Part shown: positions 24,598 through 33,980 of the stretch, in pieces
Numbering within the stretch: position 1 is the first letter of the stretch
How the letters are laid out: each line of letters begins with the position of its first letter
Assembly: GCA_019358915.1 (NCBI GenBank)
Contig: JAHHIM010000004.1
Span: forward strand, 115,920-179,919
Source of the DNA: Trichormus sp. ATA11-4-KO1
GTDB lineage: Bacteria; Cyanobacteriota; Cyanobacteriia; Cyanobacteriales; Nostocaceae
DNA: 64,000 nucleotides
Reading direction: 5' to 3'
The notes under the pieces: generated by a model
Database searches by the model: none
Told to the model about the DNA's origin: nothing
What the model saw: the letters and a program-made list of their open reading frames with translations, nothing else
Position numbers and translations under genes: made by a program

Positions 24598-24930
24598 GTT
24601 TCAGTCCGGGATTTGTGGATAAACTCAACGTAGCAGGCGTTATTGTCAGATGATCAAATCTCCGTTACTTGCTTATATTGAGATTTCTGGATATCTTGGG
24701 CTAATAAGTCAACTAAAGGTAAAGATTGAGTAAGTTTAGAGTAATGCTCGTTGAAACAATACTGTTAAATTAACAAAATTCAACTTGGCTTTTGACAGTA
24801 TTTACACTTAGATTCAATTGAGAATGCCAAACTCAGATGGCTAATTGAGTAAACTTACCTAGAAGTTATATAAATTAACCATGAAAAACCTCTCAACTTC
24901 TATTAGTGCAATTCTCTATATGATTCCCAC

Positions 24931-25040
24931 TTTAGGCAATAATATTAATGTGGTTTAATAGAACTCAACAGTTTATCGCTACTGTTTTAGGCACTAATAT
25001 TAATGTGGTTTAATAGAACTCAACAGTTTATCGCTACTGT
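24931..25040. repeat. Tandem duplication, 2 x 55 bp
   Basis: 24931-24985 and 24986-25040 differ at one position. Confidence 0.95.
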
Positions 25041-25137
25041 ATCATCAACACGCTTTTTCAGGGATGTTGCCTTGTTGAGATAGTAACTCTGATTTAGAGT
25101 GCTGCGATCGCACTCTGAAAAACTAGCAATAATCTTC

Positions 25138-27309
25138 TCATCGTCCAAACAGCCGTAGTACACCACCTGTGCGGCTCGTTGTACTGGTAGAATCAGCATT
25201 GGGAATAGTGGGGACGATGATCGGCTTTGGTTCTTTAACCGATATTTGACTTTGAGCTTGATTACGGGCTTTAATTGCCTCAGGGTAATTAGGCTTGTAT
25301 TTTATTGCTTGCTCATAAGATGCGATCGCATCTTGATATCGCTGTAAATTTAATAAAGCATTACCTCTGCTATACCAACTTTCGGCATGGTTTTGTTGAT
25401 AACGCACAGCCTGGTCATAAGAGGCGATCGCGTCTGCGTATTTCTGTAAAATATATTGTGAATTGCCTAGGTTATACCAGATTTGATAATCATTTGCTTT
25501 AATTGCGGCGGCTTTTTTGTAAGATTCCACCGCTTCGTCATAGCGTTGGCTTTGATGTAGCGCCCAACCCCGACTAGACAATGCTTGATAGTCTTTAGCA
25601 TTAATTTTCAGGACTTGATTAAATGATTCGATTGCTTCTGGATAGCGTTGTAAGGTAATGAGTACACTACTTCTGGAAAACCAAGCCGGGTAATAATTCT
25701 GCTGGTATTGTACTGCTTTATCATAAGCTGTAAAAGCATATTTGTAGCGGTTTAAATTTACTAGTGCATTACCTAGAGCATACCAAGCTTGTCCATAGTC
25801 TGATTTGATTTCGATAGCTTTTTCATAAGCAGCAATGGCATCATCATATTGTTTTAATTTATGAAATGCTAAACCTTGTTTGTACCAAGCTTGATAATAA
25901 TTGGATTGTAATTTTACTGCTTTTTTATAAGATTGAATTGCATTATTATATTGCTGTAAATTAGTAAATACTTCTCCTTTCGCATACCAAACCTCTGGGT
26001 ATTTACTGTCTATTTGTAAGGCTTTATCAAAAGAGGCGATCGCTTCTGGGTAGCGTTGTAAATTTTGCAAGACAAAGCCTCTACCACTCCAAGCTTCTAC
26101 ATAATCCGGCTGAAGTTGAATTGCTTGATCATAGGCTATCAGTGCATCTTCATATTTTTTTAATTCAAACAGTGTTTTTCCTTGACCATTCCATCCTTGA
26201 ACATAATCTGGTCTAATATTTACTGCTTCTTGATAAGCCGCTAGAGCATCTTGATAACGTTGTAGTTCAAAGAGTGTACTTCCTTGTTTAGATAATGCTG
26301 TAGCGTTATTAGCATTAATACTATTAACTACAAATATAGATGCTATGCCACTGATGCCTACTAAAAATGTTGCTAATGATAGTTTAATAAATATGCCTTT
26401 TTTGTGTTTATGAAATTTTGGATTATTTACTGACAACGCAAACTTGGGTGGTAAACCGGGACTCAAGGCAATAGTCCCAGATGATGGCTGTGTTAACTCC
26501 TTCAGGGTTTGTAAGGCCGCAGTTGCCGAAGAATAGCGTTGCCGGAAATCATAACACACCATTTTGTCGATAAATTGAGCAAATTCTGGTGATACAGTGG
26601 TTTGATTTTGCCAGACAATTTCATTAGTTTCAATATCGATTTTTAATTGGTCTGGTGATAATCCGGTTAGGGCTTGAATGGCAATTATCCCTACTGCGTA
26701 AATATCACTGCTAAATTTTGGTGTACCTTGGGCTTGTTCTCCCGGTAAATATCCAGGAGTGCCTATAGCAACAGTACATTTAGTTTGACCTTCAGGGCTA
26801 ATTACTTGGGTAGTGATTTGCTTAACTGCCCCAAAATCAATTAAAACCAACTTATGATCTTGCTGGCGTCTGAGTAAATTTCGCGGGTTGACATCGCGGT
26901 GAATTACTTTTTGCTGGTGGACAAATTCTAAAATTTCCAAGATTTCTTGGATCAGGGGAATCACCTGGTCTTGACTCAGGATTGTTCCTGGAGTTAACTC
27001 TTGACTTAGGTCATGACCTGCGATGAATTCCTGTACCAGATAAAATTCTGCACTTTCCTCAAAGTAAGCTAAAAGCTGGGGAATGCGATCGTGAGTGCCT
27101 AATTTATACAGAACTTGCGCTTCTGTATCAAATAAACGCCTCGCTGTTTCCAAATTTATTGGATCAGTTGATTGGGGCTTCAGTCTCTTGACCACACACT
27201 GAGGTAATCCAGGCAAGTGAGTATCACAAGCGACAAAAGTTTCACCAAATCCCCCACCTCCCAAGTGGCTAATAATTTGGTATCTTCCAACAAGTGTGTT
27301 TCCCAGCAT
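25138..27309 (-). CDS. Ser/Thr protein kinase with TM helix and about 10 TPR repeats
   Basis: LGGGGFG, HRDVNPRN, DFGAVK, GTPGY, repeated 34-aa AW..G..L..L.RY.EAI.SY.KA units. Confidence 0.93.
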   Translation of the reverse strand: MLGNTLVGRYQIISHLGGGGFGETFVACDTHLPGLPQCVVKRLKPQSTDPINLETARRLFDTEAQVLYKLGTHDRIPQLLAYFEESAEFYLVQEFIAGHDLSQELTPGTILSQDQVIPLIQEILEILEFVHQQKVIHRDVNPRNLLRRQQDHKLVLIDFGAVKQITTQVISPEGQTKCTVAIGTPGYLPGEQAQGTPKFSSDIYAVGIIAIQALTGLSPDQLKIDIETNEIVWQNQTTVSPEFAQFIDKMVCYDFRQRYSSATAALQTLKELTQPSSGTIALSPGLPPKFALSVNNPKFHKHKKGIFIKLSLATFLVGISGIASIFVVNSINANNATALSKQGSTLFELQRYQDALAAYQEAVNIRPDYVQGWNGQGKTLFELKKYEDALIAYDQAIQLQPDYVEAWSGRGFVLQNLQRYPEAIASFDKALQIDSKYPEVWYAKGEVFTNLQQYNNAIQSYKKAVKLQSNYYQAWYKQGLAFHKLKQYDDAIAAYEKAIEIKSDYGQAWYALGNALVNLNRYKYAFTAYDKAVQYQQNYYPAWFSRSSVLITLQRYPEAIESFNQVLKINAKDYQALSSRGWALHQSQRYDEAVESYKKAAAIKANDYQIWYNLGNSQYILQKYADAIASYDQAVRYQQNHAESWYSRGNALLNLQRYQDAIASYEQAIKYKPNYPEAIKARNQAQSQISVKEPKPIIVPTIPNADSTSTTSRTGGVLRLFGR

Positions 27310-27534
27310 CTCGTTTGCCTAATTGAGTGCATTGTGATCTGATTTCAATCTTGCCACAAATTATCTGGAACAGGGGAAAAGAGAGATAGGGTGATGGGGA
27401 AACGCATCTTATTTAAGAATAAAAACTATGATATGGATAACTGTAGAAATTGAGAAAATTATAAGCAAAATAAATCAACGATTTTTCAGAAATACTAATT
27501 AGCTTATTTCTAGATAAATTTGCCTTAACCAATT

Positions 27535-27575
27535 ATATAGTTTATCTGTACTACTTAGAACACACCTCTACCTAT
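27535..27575 (+). repeat. Left copy of a 41-bp imperfect direct repeat flanking the MarR-PNPOx gene block
   Basis: 36/41 identical to 34729-34769. Confidence 0.8.
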
Positions 27576-27592
27576 CACTTTTTCTCAATTTA

Positions 27593-27610
27593 GAGGATGT
27601 TTGTCAAGTC
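27593..27610 (+). mobile_element. Degenerate IS5/IS1031-type terminal repeat (MITE remnant)
   Basis: GAGGATGTTTGTCAAGTC vs GAGGGTGTTTGAAAAGTC at 63879; preceded by TTA. Confidence 0.55.
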
Positions 27611-27752
27611 GAAAATTATCCTAAAAACCCCTTTCCAAACCTCTCCCTGAAACTGAGAGAAGCTTTAAAATTCTCATTCCCTATAAGGGAATGGCAGGAT
27701 GGTTTCATATATCGTGGAACAAAACAAGCTATAGTTAATTTATCCTAGAATA

Positions 27753-27766
27753 GTTTTTATAAGAAC
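27753..27766. promoter_or_regulatory. Candidate MarR operator (site A)
   Basis: GTTTTTATAAGAAC followed by AGTCTAAT, similar to site B at 28308. Confidence 0.45.
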
Positions 27767-27784
27767 AGTCTAATTAGATAAACC

Positions 27785-28240
27785 ATGTTCAGTTCCTCCT
27801 CATCTTCAACAAACACAGCAGCAAAAGAAGAATTCATCCCCATCATGCGCGAACTAGCAAGAACATATCAAGCATTTTCCGCTTACTCAGAAGCGCACGT
27901 CCGCGAGATGGGGTTAACCCCGGCTCAATTTGACGTAATTGCCACCCTTGGTAATACCCAGGGATTGAGTATGGGAGAAATCGGAGAAAAAACACTAATC
28001 ACAAAAGGTACACTTACAGGAATCATCGACAGGTTAAAACAAAAGCAATTAGTAGAGCGAGAAGTACCTGCTGATAATCGGCGCAGTGTGATTGTGCGGC
28101 TGACACCCAAAGGAGAAGCCTTATTTGCACAAGTTTTTCCAGAGCATATTGCTTACCTCAAAGAACGCTTCACACAACTAGAACCATCGGAGCTAAAGCT
28201 GCTAGAAGTTTTACTGAAACGATTACGGCAAGTATTTTAA
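27785..28240 (+). CDS. MarR family transcriptional regulator
   Basis: GLTPAQFDVIATL, wHTH, DNRRSVIVRLTPKG. Confidence 0.93.
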   Translation: MFSSSSSSTNTAAKEEFIPIMRELARTYQAFSAYSEAHVREMGLTPAQFDVIATLGNTQGLSMGEIGEKTLITKGTLTGIIDRLKQKQLVEREVPADNRRSVIVRLTPKGEALFAQVFPEHIAYLKERFTQLEPSELKLLEVLLKRLRQVF

Positions 28241-28269
28241 AAAATATTTGAAAAAAGTTGCTACCCCTA

Positions 28270-28321
28270 TTGCCAGTGTAAAAAAACCATGCTAGTTTTA
28301 ATTCATGGTTCGAGTTAGAAC
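28270..28321 (+). promoter_or_regulatory. Promoter of the CDGSH operon with downstream candidate MarR operator (site B)
   Basis: TTGCCA-N17-TAGTTT (28270-28298) with extended TG; GTTCGAGTTAGAAC palindrome at 28308-28321. Confidence 0.5.
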
Positions 28322-28357
28322 ATTACTAATCAAGATTAAATACCGGAACAATTAGCA

Positions 28358-28564
28358 ATGGCACCCAAAAATGAACTAGCTCCCGTCGTATTGAACTTAG
28401 ATGCAGGAACTCACTGGCTTTGTAGCTGTGGACTGTCAAAAAACTTTCCCCACTGTGATGGGTCACATCAAGGAACAGGATTGCAACCTTTGACACTAGA
28501 ACTTAATGCACCCAAAGTTGTGGAAGTCTCTGGAGTAGTTCCTACCAAAAAGCTGAACAGCTAA
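28358..28564 (+). CDS. CDGSH iron-sulfur (2Fe-2S) domain protein
   Basis: WLCSCGLSKNFPHCDGSH matches the CDGSH signature. Confidence 0.9.
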   Translation: MAPKNELAPVVLNLDAGTHWLCSCGLSKNFPHCDGSHQGTGLQPLTLELNAPKVVEVSGVVPTKKLNS

Positions 28565-28576
28565 GGAAGTGAAATC

Positions 28577-29842
28577 ATGGGACAACGTTCTCGCATAATG
28601 ATTATTGGTGCTGGTTTCGCAGGTTTGCAAGCAGCTCAACATCTCGCCAAGACTAACTTAGAGGTAGTGTTAATTGACCGGAAAAATTATCACACATTCC
28701 AACCTCTACTACATCAAGTAGCAACAGCAGAGTTAGAACCAGAACAAATTGCTTACCCCATTCGGCGGCTGTTGAGAAATGCCAAAAATATCCAATTTGT
28801 CATGGCAGAGGTGCAAGGTGTCCAAATAGCAGATAGAGTTGTAGTCACTGACAACGGTTGGTTTACCTATGATTACCTAGTGTTGGCTACGGGAAGTGCC
28901 ACTCAATTAGGTAAAGTACCTGGTGTAGCAGCACACGCATTTTCACTCAAAACCTTGGAAGATGCCATTAACCTGCACCATCAAATACTGCGTTGTTTTG
29001 AACAAGCAATGCAAGAACCAAACCCAGAAAAACGGCAATCATTACTTACCTTCGTGATTGTCGGTGGTGGAGCAACGGGGGTTGAACTCGCCAGCGCTAT
29101 GGCTGAATGGATTGGGAAAACCTTGGTCAAAGATTATGGTAGGCTTTGTCAGCAAAGTCGTTTGGTGTTATTACATTCAGGCAGCAGTTTATTGAATGGA
29201 ATGCACCCCCGCTTACAAACCTATACTCAGAGACATTTGCAGCGTTTAGGGGTGGAAGTCCGCTTAAACAGCCGAGTTAGTGAGGTTTTCCCAGATGCCG
29301 TACAACTCCAAACAGGAGATGTGTTGAACTCAGCAACAGTAGTCTGGGCTACAGGTGTACGTGTGACATTACCGAAAAATATTGGCGAACTTCCGACCAC
29401 GAAAAACCAGCAAATACCAGTTCTTCCCTCCTTGCAAATAGTAGGTCATGAAAATATCTATGCTATTGGTGATATTGCTGCTTTAGAACAGAACGGACAA
29501 TCATTACCAATGACGGCAGCATTGGCAACACAACAAGGCAGATTTGTTGCCCAAAATCTCAAACGACAAACACGAGGAGTGAAGCTACTAGCCTTTAACT
29601 ATCGGCATTTTGGCTCAATGGTAATTTTGGGTCGTCATGCAGCAGTTATGCAGTTAAGAAACTGGATTTTTACAGGGTTTACAGCATGGTTGCTGTGGTT
29701 AGTAGTTCATGTTGCCCTACTGCGAGGCTTTCGGCAACGCTGGATGACACTGTTTAATTGGTTCGTGAGCTACTTCTGGAATGAGCGAGTGGCGCGGAGC
29801 ATTTTTTGTCAGACACAGACAGAAAAATTTTTTCTTCAATAG
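28577..29842 (+). CDS. NAD(P)/FAD-dependent oxidoreductase, type II NADH dehydrogenase family
   Basis: GAGFAG, HTFQPLL, YDYLVLATG, VGGGATGVE, YAIGD, C-terminal amphipathic AWLLWLVVH. Confidence 0.9.
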   Translation: MGQRSRIMIIGAGFAGLQAAQHLAKTNLEVVLIDRKNYHTFQPLLHQVATAELEPEQIAYPIRRLLRNAKNIQFVMAEVQGVQIADRVVVTDNGWFTYDYLVLATGSATQLGKVPGVAAHAFSLKTLEDAINLHHQILRCFEQAMQEPNPEKRQSLLTFVIVGGGATGVELASAMAEWIGKTLVKDYGRLCQQSRLVLLHSGSSLLNGMHPRLQTYTQRHLQRLGVEVRLNSRVSEVFPDAVQLQTGDVLNSATVVWATGVRVTLPKNIGELPTTKNQQIPVLPSLQIVGHENIYAIGDIAALEQNGQSLPMTAALATQQGRFVAQNLKRQTRGVKLLAFNYRHFGSMVILGRHAAVMQLRNWIFTGFTAWLLWLVVHVALLRGFRQRWMTLFNWFVSYFWNERVARSIFCQTQTEKFFLQ

Positions 29843-29876
29843 TTCTATTTAGTACAGTTTTACATAGGATAAAATT

Positions 29877-30398
29877 ATGAAACTCACAATCCACGAATTT
29901 TCCAATCATAATCCATCAGATACACCCAAGAGCGATCGCCAAAGGCGGGACGAAGCCCATCGCTCCATCAGACTAGCGAAACCCACGATTGACCTTGGCA
30001 CAGCCCCCTACGCTATCCTGTTGTTACGGGTGAGCTTGGGTATGCTGTTCGTAGCTCACGGATTGTTAAAGGTAATGGTATTTACCTTACCAGGAACGGC
30101 TCAATTCTTTACCAGTGTTGGTCTACCAGGGTTTATGGCATACATTGTCACACCAGTAGAAATCATTGGCGGATTGATGCTGATTGTAGGAATTTATACC
30201 CGTTGGGTATCACTGGCTTTATTTCCCATTCTGTTAGTAGCCACGGTGAAAGTCCACGGTGGGAATGGCTGGCTTTTTACCAACGAAGGTGGCGGTTGGG
30301 AGTTTTCCGCCTTCTTCGGTGTTGCCACTATCGTCCAGTTTCTCCTCGGTGATGGAGCCTATGCTTTGGGTTCTATTTGGCACAAACAACGACGCTAA
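29877..30398 (+). CDS. DoxX family membrane protein
   Basis: LLRVSLGMLFVAHG..K, EIIGG..L..G..TR, GGGWEF, GDGAYAL; start codon uncertain. Confidence 0.9.
   Translation: MKLTIHEFSNHNPSDTPKSDRQRRDEAHRSIRLAKPTIDLGTAPYAILLLRVSLGMLFVAHGLLKVMVFTLPGTAQFFTSVGLPGFMAYIVTPVEIIGGLMLIVGIYTRWVSLALFPILLVATVKVHGGNGWLFTNEGGGWEFSAFFGVATIVQFLLGDGAYALGSIWHKQRR
29932..29963. repeat. 24-nt small dispersed repeat inserted at a HIP1 site
   Basis: GCGATCGC-CAAAGGCGGGACGAAGCCC-ATCGC. Confidence 0.8.
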
Positions 30399-30497
30399 TT
30401 TATGCAACTGACCATGAAAATCCAGACAATAAGATACTTTCAAACCTGCTTTATGTCTGGATTTCTTAATTTTGAAGTTTGAGAACCTTGAATTATT

Positions 30498-31277
30498 ATG
30501 ACTAGTTTACCGAGCATCTTTATTTCTCACGGAGCGCCAGATTTACCAATTAGAGATGGGGATGTTTCACAGTTTCTCCGACAACTGGGACAATCCTTTC
30601 CTAAACCCCAAGCAATTCTGGTAATATCCGCCCACTGGAATACTCGCATTCCGACTGTGAGTATGGCTACCCAACCCAGAACAATTTATGACTTTTCTGG
30701 ATTTCCCGATTCCATGTATCAATTGTCTTACCCTGTCCCTGGTGCGCCGGAGTTGGGAAAACAAGTGATAGAGTTACTGAACAATGAGGGAATACAAACT
30801 CAAGTCAATCAAAAGCGCGGATTAGACCACGGTGTTTGGACACCCTTAATCTTGACTTATCCCCAAGCTGATATTCCCCTGACTCAGTTATCAATTCAAT
30901 ATAACTCTAGTCCTGAGCATCATTATCAGATAGGACAAGCACTGCGATCGCTACGCCATGAAAATGTTCTCATCTTAGCCAGTGGCGGAGCCACCCACAA
31001 CCTTCATGCCTTCGGTACAGCTTACGATGCAACACCACCTGATTGGATACTAGAGTTTGATAATTGGCTGGCTGATACAATTGCCCGCAATGATATCAAC
31101 GCCTTACTCAATTATCGTCAATTAGCACCCTACGCCGCCGAAAACCATCCCACAGAAGAACACTTACTACCGTTATTTGTAGCCCTTGGTGCTGGAGGTG
31201 CAAACGCCACGGGAACACAATTACACAGCAGTTATACCTATGGTGTTTTTAGTATGGCTGCTTACGCCTTTGCTTAA
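30498..31277 (+). CDS. Class III extradiol ring-cleavage dioxygenase (DODA/YgiD/LigB type)
   Basis: FISHGAP, VISAHW, GLDHGVW, SGGATHNL, HPTEEHLLPL. Confidence 0.92.
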   Translation: MTSLPSIFISHGAPDLPIRDGDVSQFLRQLGQSFPKPQAILVISAHWNTRIPTVSMATQPRTIYDFSGFPDSMYQLSYPVPGAPELGKQVIELLNNEGIQTQVNQKRGLDHGVWTPLILTYPQADIPLTQLSIQYNSSPEHHYQIGQALRSLRHENVLILASGGATHNLHAFGTAYDATPPDWILEFDNWLADTIARNDINALLNYRQLAPYAAENHPTEEHLLPLFVALGAGGANATGTQLHSSYTYGVFSMAAYAFA

Positions 31278-31295
31278 CTCGCAATTACAAAAAAA

Positions 31296-31505
31296 GGCGT
31301 TGCTAAATCGAGGAATAAAACTAAAAAAATCGGCGTTGCATAAATGCGGGATGATTTGCCAAGAATAAACTTAGATTCTTTGCGCCTTTGCGCCTTTGCG
31401 CGAAACAAAAATCATCCCATTAATCAGCAACCCCAAAAAATCCATCCCTCAAACTCTTACTCTCTGCGCCTCTGCGTGAAAAAAATTCATACTTTCATTC
31501 AACAC
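31296..31505. mobile_element. Nested MITEs with GGCGTTGC termini (inner copy 31332-31434)
   Basis: Inner element GGCGTTGC...GCAACCCC flanked by AAAAAATC on both sides; outer element starts GGCGTTGCT at 31296 and has a decayed right end. Confidence 0.75.
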
Positions 31506-31518
31506 AGGAAAAAAAATC

Positions 31519-32508
31519 ATGGCACTAGGTAGACTCGTCAACGGACAATGGACAACCGAATGGACAGAACGGAATGAAAAAGGGCAATTTCAAAGAATGC
31601 CCACACAATTCAAAAACTGGATATCTGCCGACGGTTCCAGTGGATTTGCAGCAGAAGCGGGACGCTACCATCTTTATATTTCCCTCGGCTGTCCTTGGGC
31701 GCATCGCACAGCTTTGTTATGGAAATTGAAGGGACTAGAAGAAATTATTGGCTTATCAATTGTTGATCCAGTAATTAGTCAATATGGTTGGCAATTTTCC
31801 GACCGACCTGGTTGTATTCGAGATGATGTGAATGGTGCAGATTATCTCTGGCAAATATACGTGAAAGCTAATCCCAATTACACAGGGCGAGTAACTGTAC
31901 CTGTGTTGTGGGACAAAAAGACCAACACAATTGTAAATAATGAATCACGGCAAATTATTCAGATGTTTAACACTGAATTTAACGCTTTTGCAAATGCGGA
32001 ATTAGATTTTTATCCCCAAGATTTGCAAAAGCTGATTAATCAAACAATGGATGATATTTATCAACCAATTAATAACGGAGTTTATCGGAGTGGATTTGCT
32101 GCATCTCAAACAGCCTATGAGGAAGCTGTGACAGAATTATTCGCTGCACTGGACTATTGGGAGGAGGTTTTGGGTAAACAACGTTATCTTTGTGGTGAGC
32201 AAATCACGCTGGCAGATTGGTGTTTGTTTACGACGTTATTTCGCTTTGATTTAGCTTACTATGGGTTGTTTAAATGCAATCTCAAGCGCTTAGTTGATTA
32301 CCCCAATTTGTATAAATACTGCCGAGAGTTATATCAATATGGTGATGCTAAAGAAATGTGCAATGTTGAGCATATTAAACAGCTTTACTATGCAGGTTTA
32401 CCAGAACTCAATCCTAATGGCATTGTCCCCAAAGGGCCAGTGATTGATTTTGACCTGCCCCATGCTCGACATCAAAATTTTGCCTCAATCACTGGCGTTG
32501 CTGAATGA
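31519..32508 (+). CDS. Glutathionyl-hydroquinone reductase family GST (YqjG/ECM4/PcpF-like)
   Basis: GRYHLYISLGCPWAHR, GRVTVPVLWD, VNNES, INNGVYRSGFA. Confidence 0.92.
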   Translation: MALGRLVNGQWTTEWTERNEKGQFQRMPTQFKNWISADGSSGFAAEAGRYHLYISLGCPWAHRTALLWKLKGLEEIIGLSIVDPVISQYGWQFSDRPGCIRDDVNGADYLWQIYVKANPNYTGRVTVPVLWDKKTNTIVNNESRQIIQMFNTEFNAFANAELDFYPQDLQKLINQTMDDIYQPINNGVYRSGFAASQTAYEEAVTELFAALDYWEEVLGKQRYLCGEQITLADWCLFTTLFRFDLAYYGLFKCNLKRLVDYPNLYKYCRELYQYGDAKEMCNVEHIKQLYYAGLPELNPNGIVPKGPVIDFDLPHARHQNFASITGVAE

Positions 32509-32555
32509 AGAATCAGATTAATTCGTTCACTTTACACTTTAATACAAGTGATAAC

Positions 32556-33104
32556 TTACTCGGCTCGGCAAAGGTCTTCGGGTAATCGCTGAATTACCCG
32601 TTGAAAGACAAATGGATCATCTAACCCTTGAGACAGAATTAATGCCCCTTGAATCATAATCACTGCATCTTCCCCTCGGTAATGGGCAAGTTTTTGATTC
32701 ATCCCGGCTGCGATTAAGACATCAGCGATCGCATTAATCCAGGTTTGCAAAAGTGCTTTAACTCGATCATGAAACACATCACGCGCCGAACCAAGCAACA
32801 AAATAGCAAACAGACACGGCTGGTGTCCTCCTTCATAGAGTTCATTCAGGCGATCGCACATACTTCGCAACCGTGTCAGAGCATCTCTTTTGCTCTGGAG
32901 TGCCGGCAAAACATTTTGAGCTAACCACTGCTCAAGATAATCCAGTACAGTCTTCACCATCTCATCTTTACCACCGGGAAAATGATGATAAAGGCTGGCT
33001 TTCCCCAAACCAGTTGCTTCAGAAATTTTGGATAAAGTGGCTCCATCATAGCCATACTGCCGAAACAAACGCAAAAGGCAGGGAATATAAGTTTCTTTGG
33101 GCAT
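32556..33104 (-). CDS. TetR/AcrR family regulator
   Basis: GYDGATLSKISEATGLGKASLYHHFPGGK HTH; start placed at ATG 33104. Confidence 0.92.
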   Translation of the reverse strand: MPKETYIPCLLRLFRQYGYDGATLSKISEATGLGKASLYHHFPGGKDEMVKTVLDYLEQWLAQNVLPALQSKRDALTRLRSMCDRLNELYEGGHQPCLFAILLLGSARDVFHDRVKALLQTWINAIADVLIAAGMNQKLAHYRGEDAVIMIQGALILSQGLDDPFVFQRVIQRLPEDLCRAE

Positions 33105-33128
33105 TGTTTGATGTTTAAAGATTACCTC

Positions 33129-33180
33129 TTGACATTGTACCAATCGTTCGGTAGATTATTGGCATACCGAACAAACGGTA
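33129..33180 (+). promoter_or_regulatory. Sigma70 promoter with twin TetR operators
   Basis: TTGACA-N17-TAGATT (33129-33157). TACCAATCGTTCGGTA (33138-33153) and TACCGAACAAACGGTA (33165-33180) are variants of the palindrome TACCGAACGTTCGGTA. Confidence 0.8.
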
Positions 33181-33201
33181 CAAAAAAAGGAAAAAACGCT
33201 G

Positions 33202-33351
33202 ATGAATCACATTTCATCTATTAGGCAAAAATTTCTCAGTTGGGATGTTTTATGTCCGATGATTACCTCTCTACCATTACTAGAGCGTGAATCACTCCCA
33301 ACTGAATGTCTGTTGTTTGAAGATTCGTATTTATCTCATCTGGAGGATTAA
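33202..33351 (+). CDS. Possible 49-aa small ORF upstream of the GST
   Basis: Open frame MNHISSIRQKFLSW...SHLED*, AAGGA upstream, stop 3 nt before the GST ATG; no recognisable motif. Confidence 0.3.
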   Translation: MNHISSIRQKFLSWDVLCPMITSLPLLERESLPTECLLFEDSYLSHLED

Positions 33352-33354
33352 CTT

Positions 33355-33972
33355 ATGATTCAGCTTTATGGTTACGAACTGTCTGGTAATAGCTACAAAG
33401 CAAAACTGATGTTGTCTTTGTTGAATTTAGATTACGAGTTGATCTCAGTCGATTTGATGACAGGAGCACACAAGCAACCAGAGTTTTTGGCATTAAATCC
33501 TTTTGGACAAGTACCACTGTTAGTTGATGGTAATACAGTGCTGGCAGATGCTCAAGCAATTCTGGTGTATCTGGCACGGCGTTACGGTGGTGAATCATGG
33601 TTGCCGTTAGAGGCAGAACCAATGAGTCGGGTGGTACGCTGGCTCTCGACAACGGCAGGAGAAGTGCGACAAGGGCCAGAATCGGCGCGTTTATATCACT
33701 TATTCAAAGTTACCAACATCAATCTAGAAAGGACAGTCCAAAAATCAGAGTTTATTTTGACTCAATTGAATAACCATTTAGCCAATCAAGAATGGCTAGA
33801 GTTAGGACATCCAACGATCGCTGACGTGGCAGTTTTCCCCTATGTTGCCTTAGCTACCGATGGCAAGATTGATCTGACTCCCTATACCAACGTTTTGAAC
33901 TGGATTGAACGCGTCAAGCATCTCCCTGGTTTTGTGGGAATGACTGGCATTGCAGCCCCAATTTCGGCTTAG
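33355..33972 (+). CDS. Glutathione S-transferase family protein
   Basis: SGNSYK, LNPFGQVP, DAQAILVYLA, TIADVA. Confidence 0.92.
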   Translation: MIQLYGYELSGNSYKAKLMLSLLNLDYELISVDLMTGAHKQPEFLALNPFGQVPLLVDGNTVLADAQAILVYLARRYGGESWLPLEAEPMSRVVRWLSTTAGEVRQGPESARLYHLFKVTNINLERTVQKSEFILTQLNNHLANQEWLELGHPTIADVAVFPYVALATDGKIDLTPYTNVLNWIERVKHLPGFVGMTGIAAPISA

Positions 33973-33980
33973 GAGGGAAT

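Noticed and set aside
24931..25040. Possible CRISPR array
   Set aside because: Only two abutting 55-bp units, no spacers and no cas genes in the window
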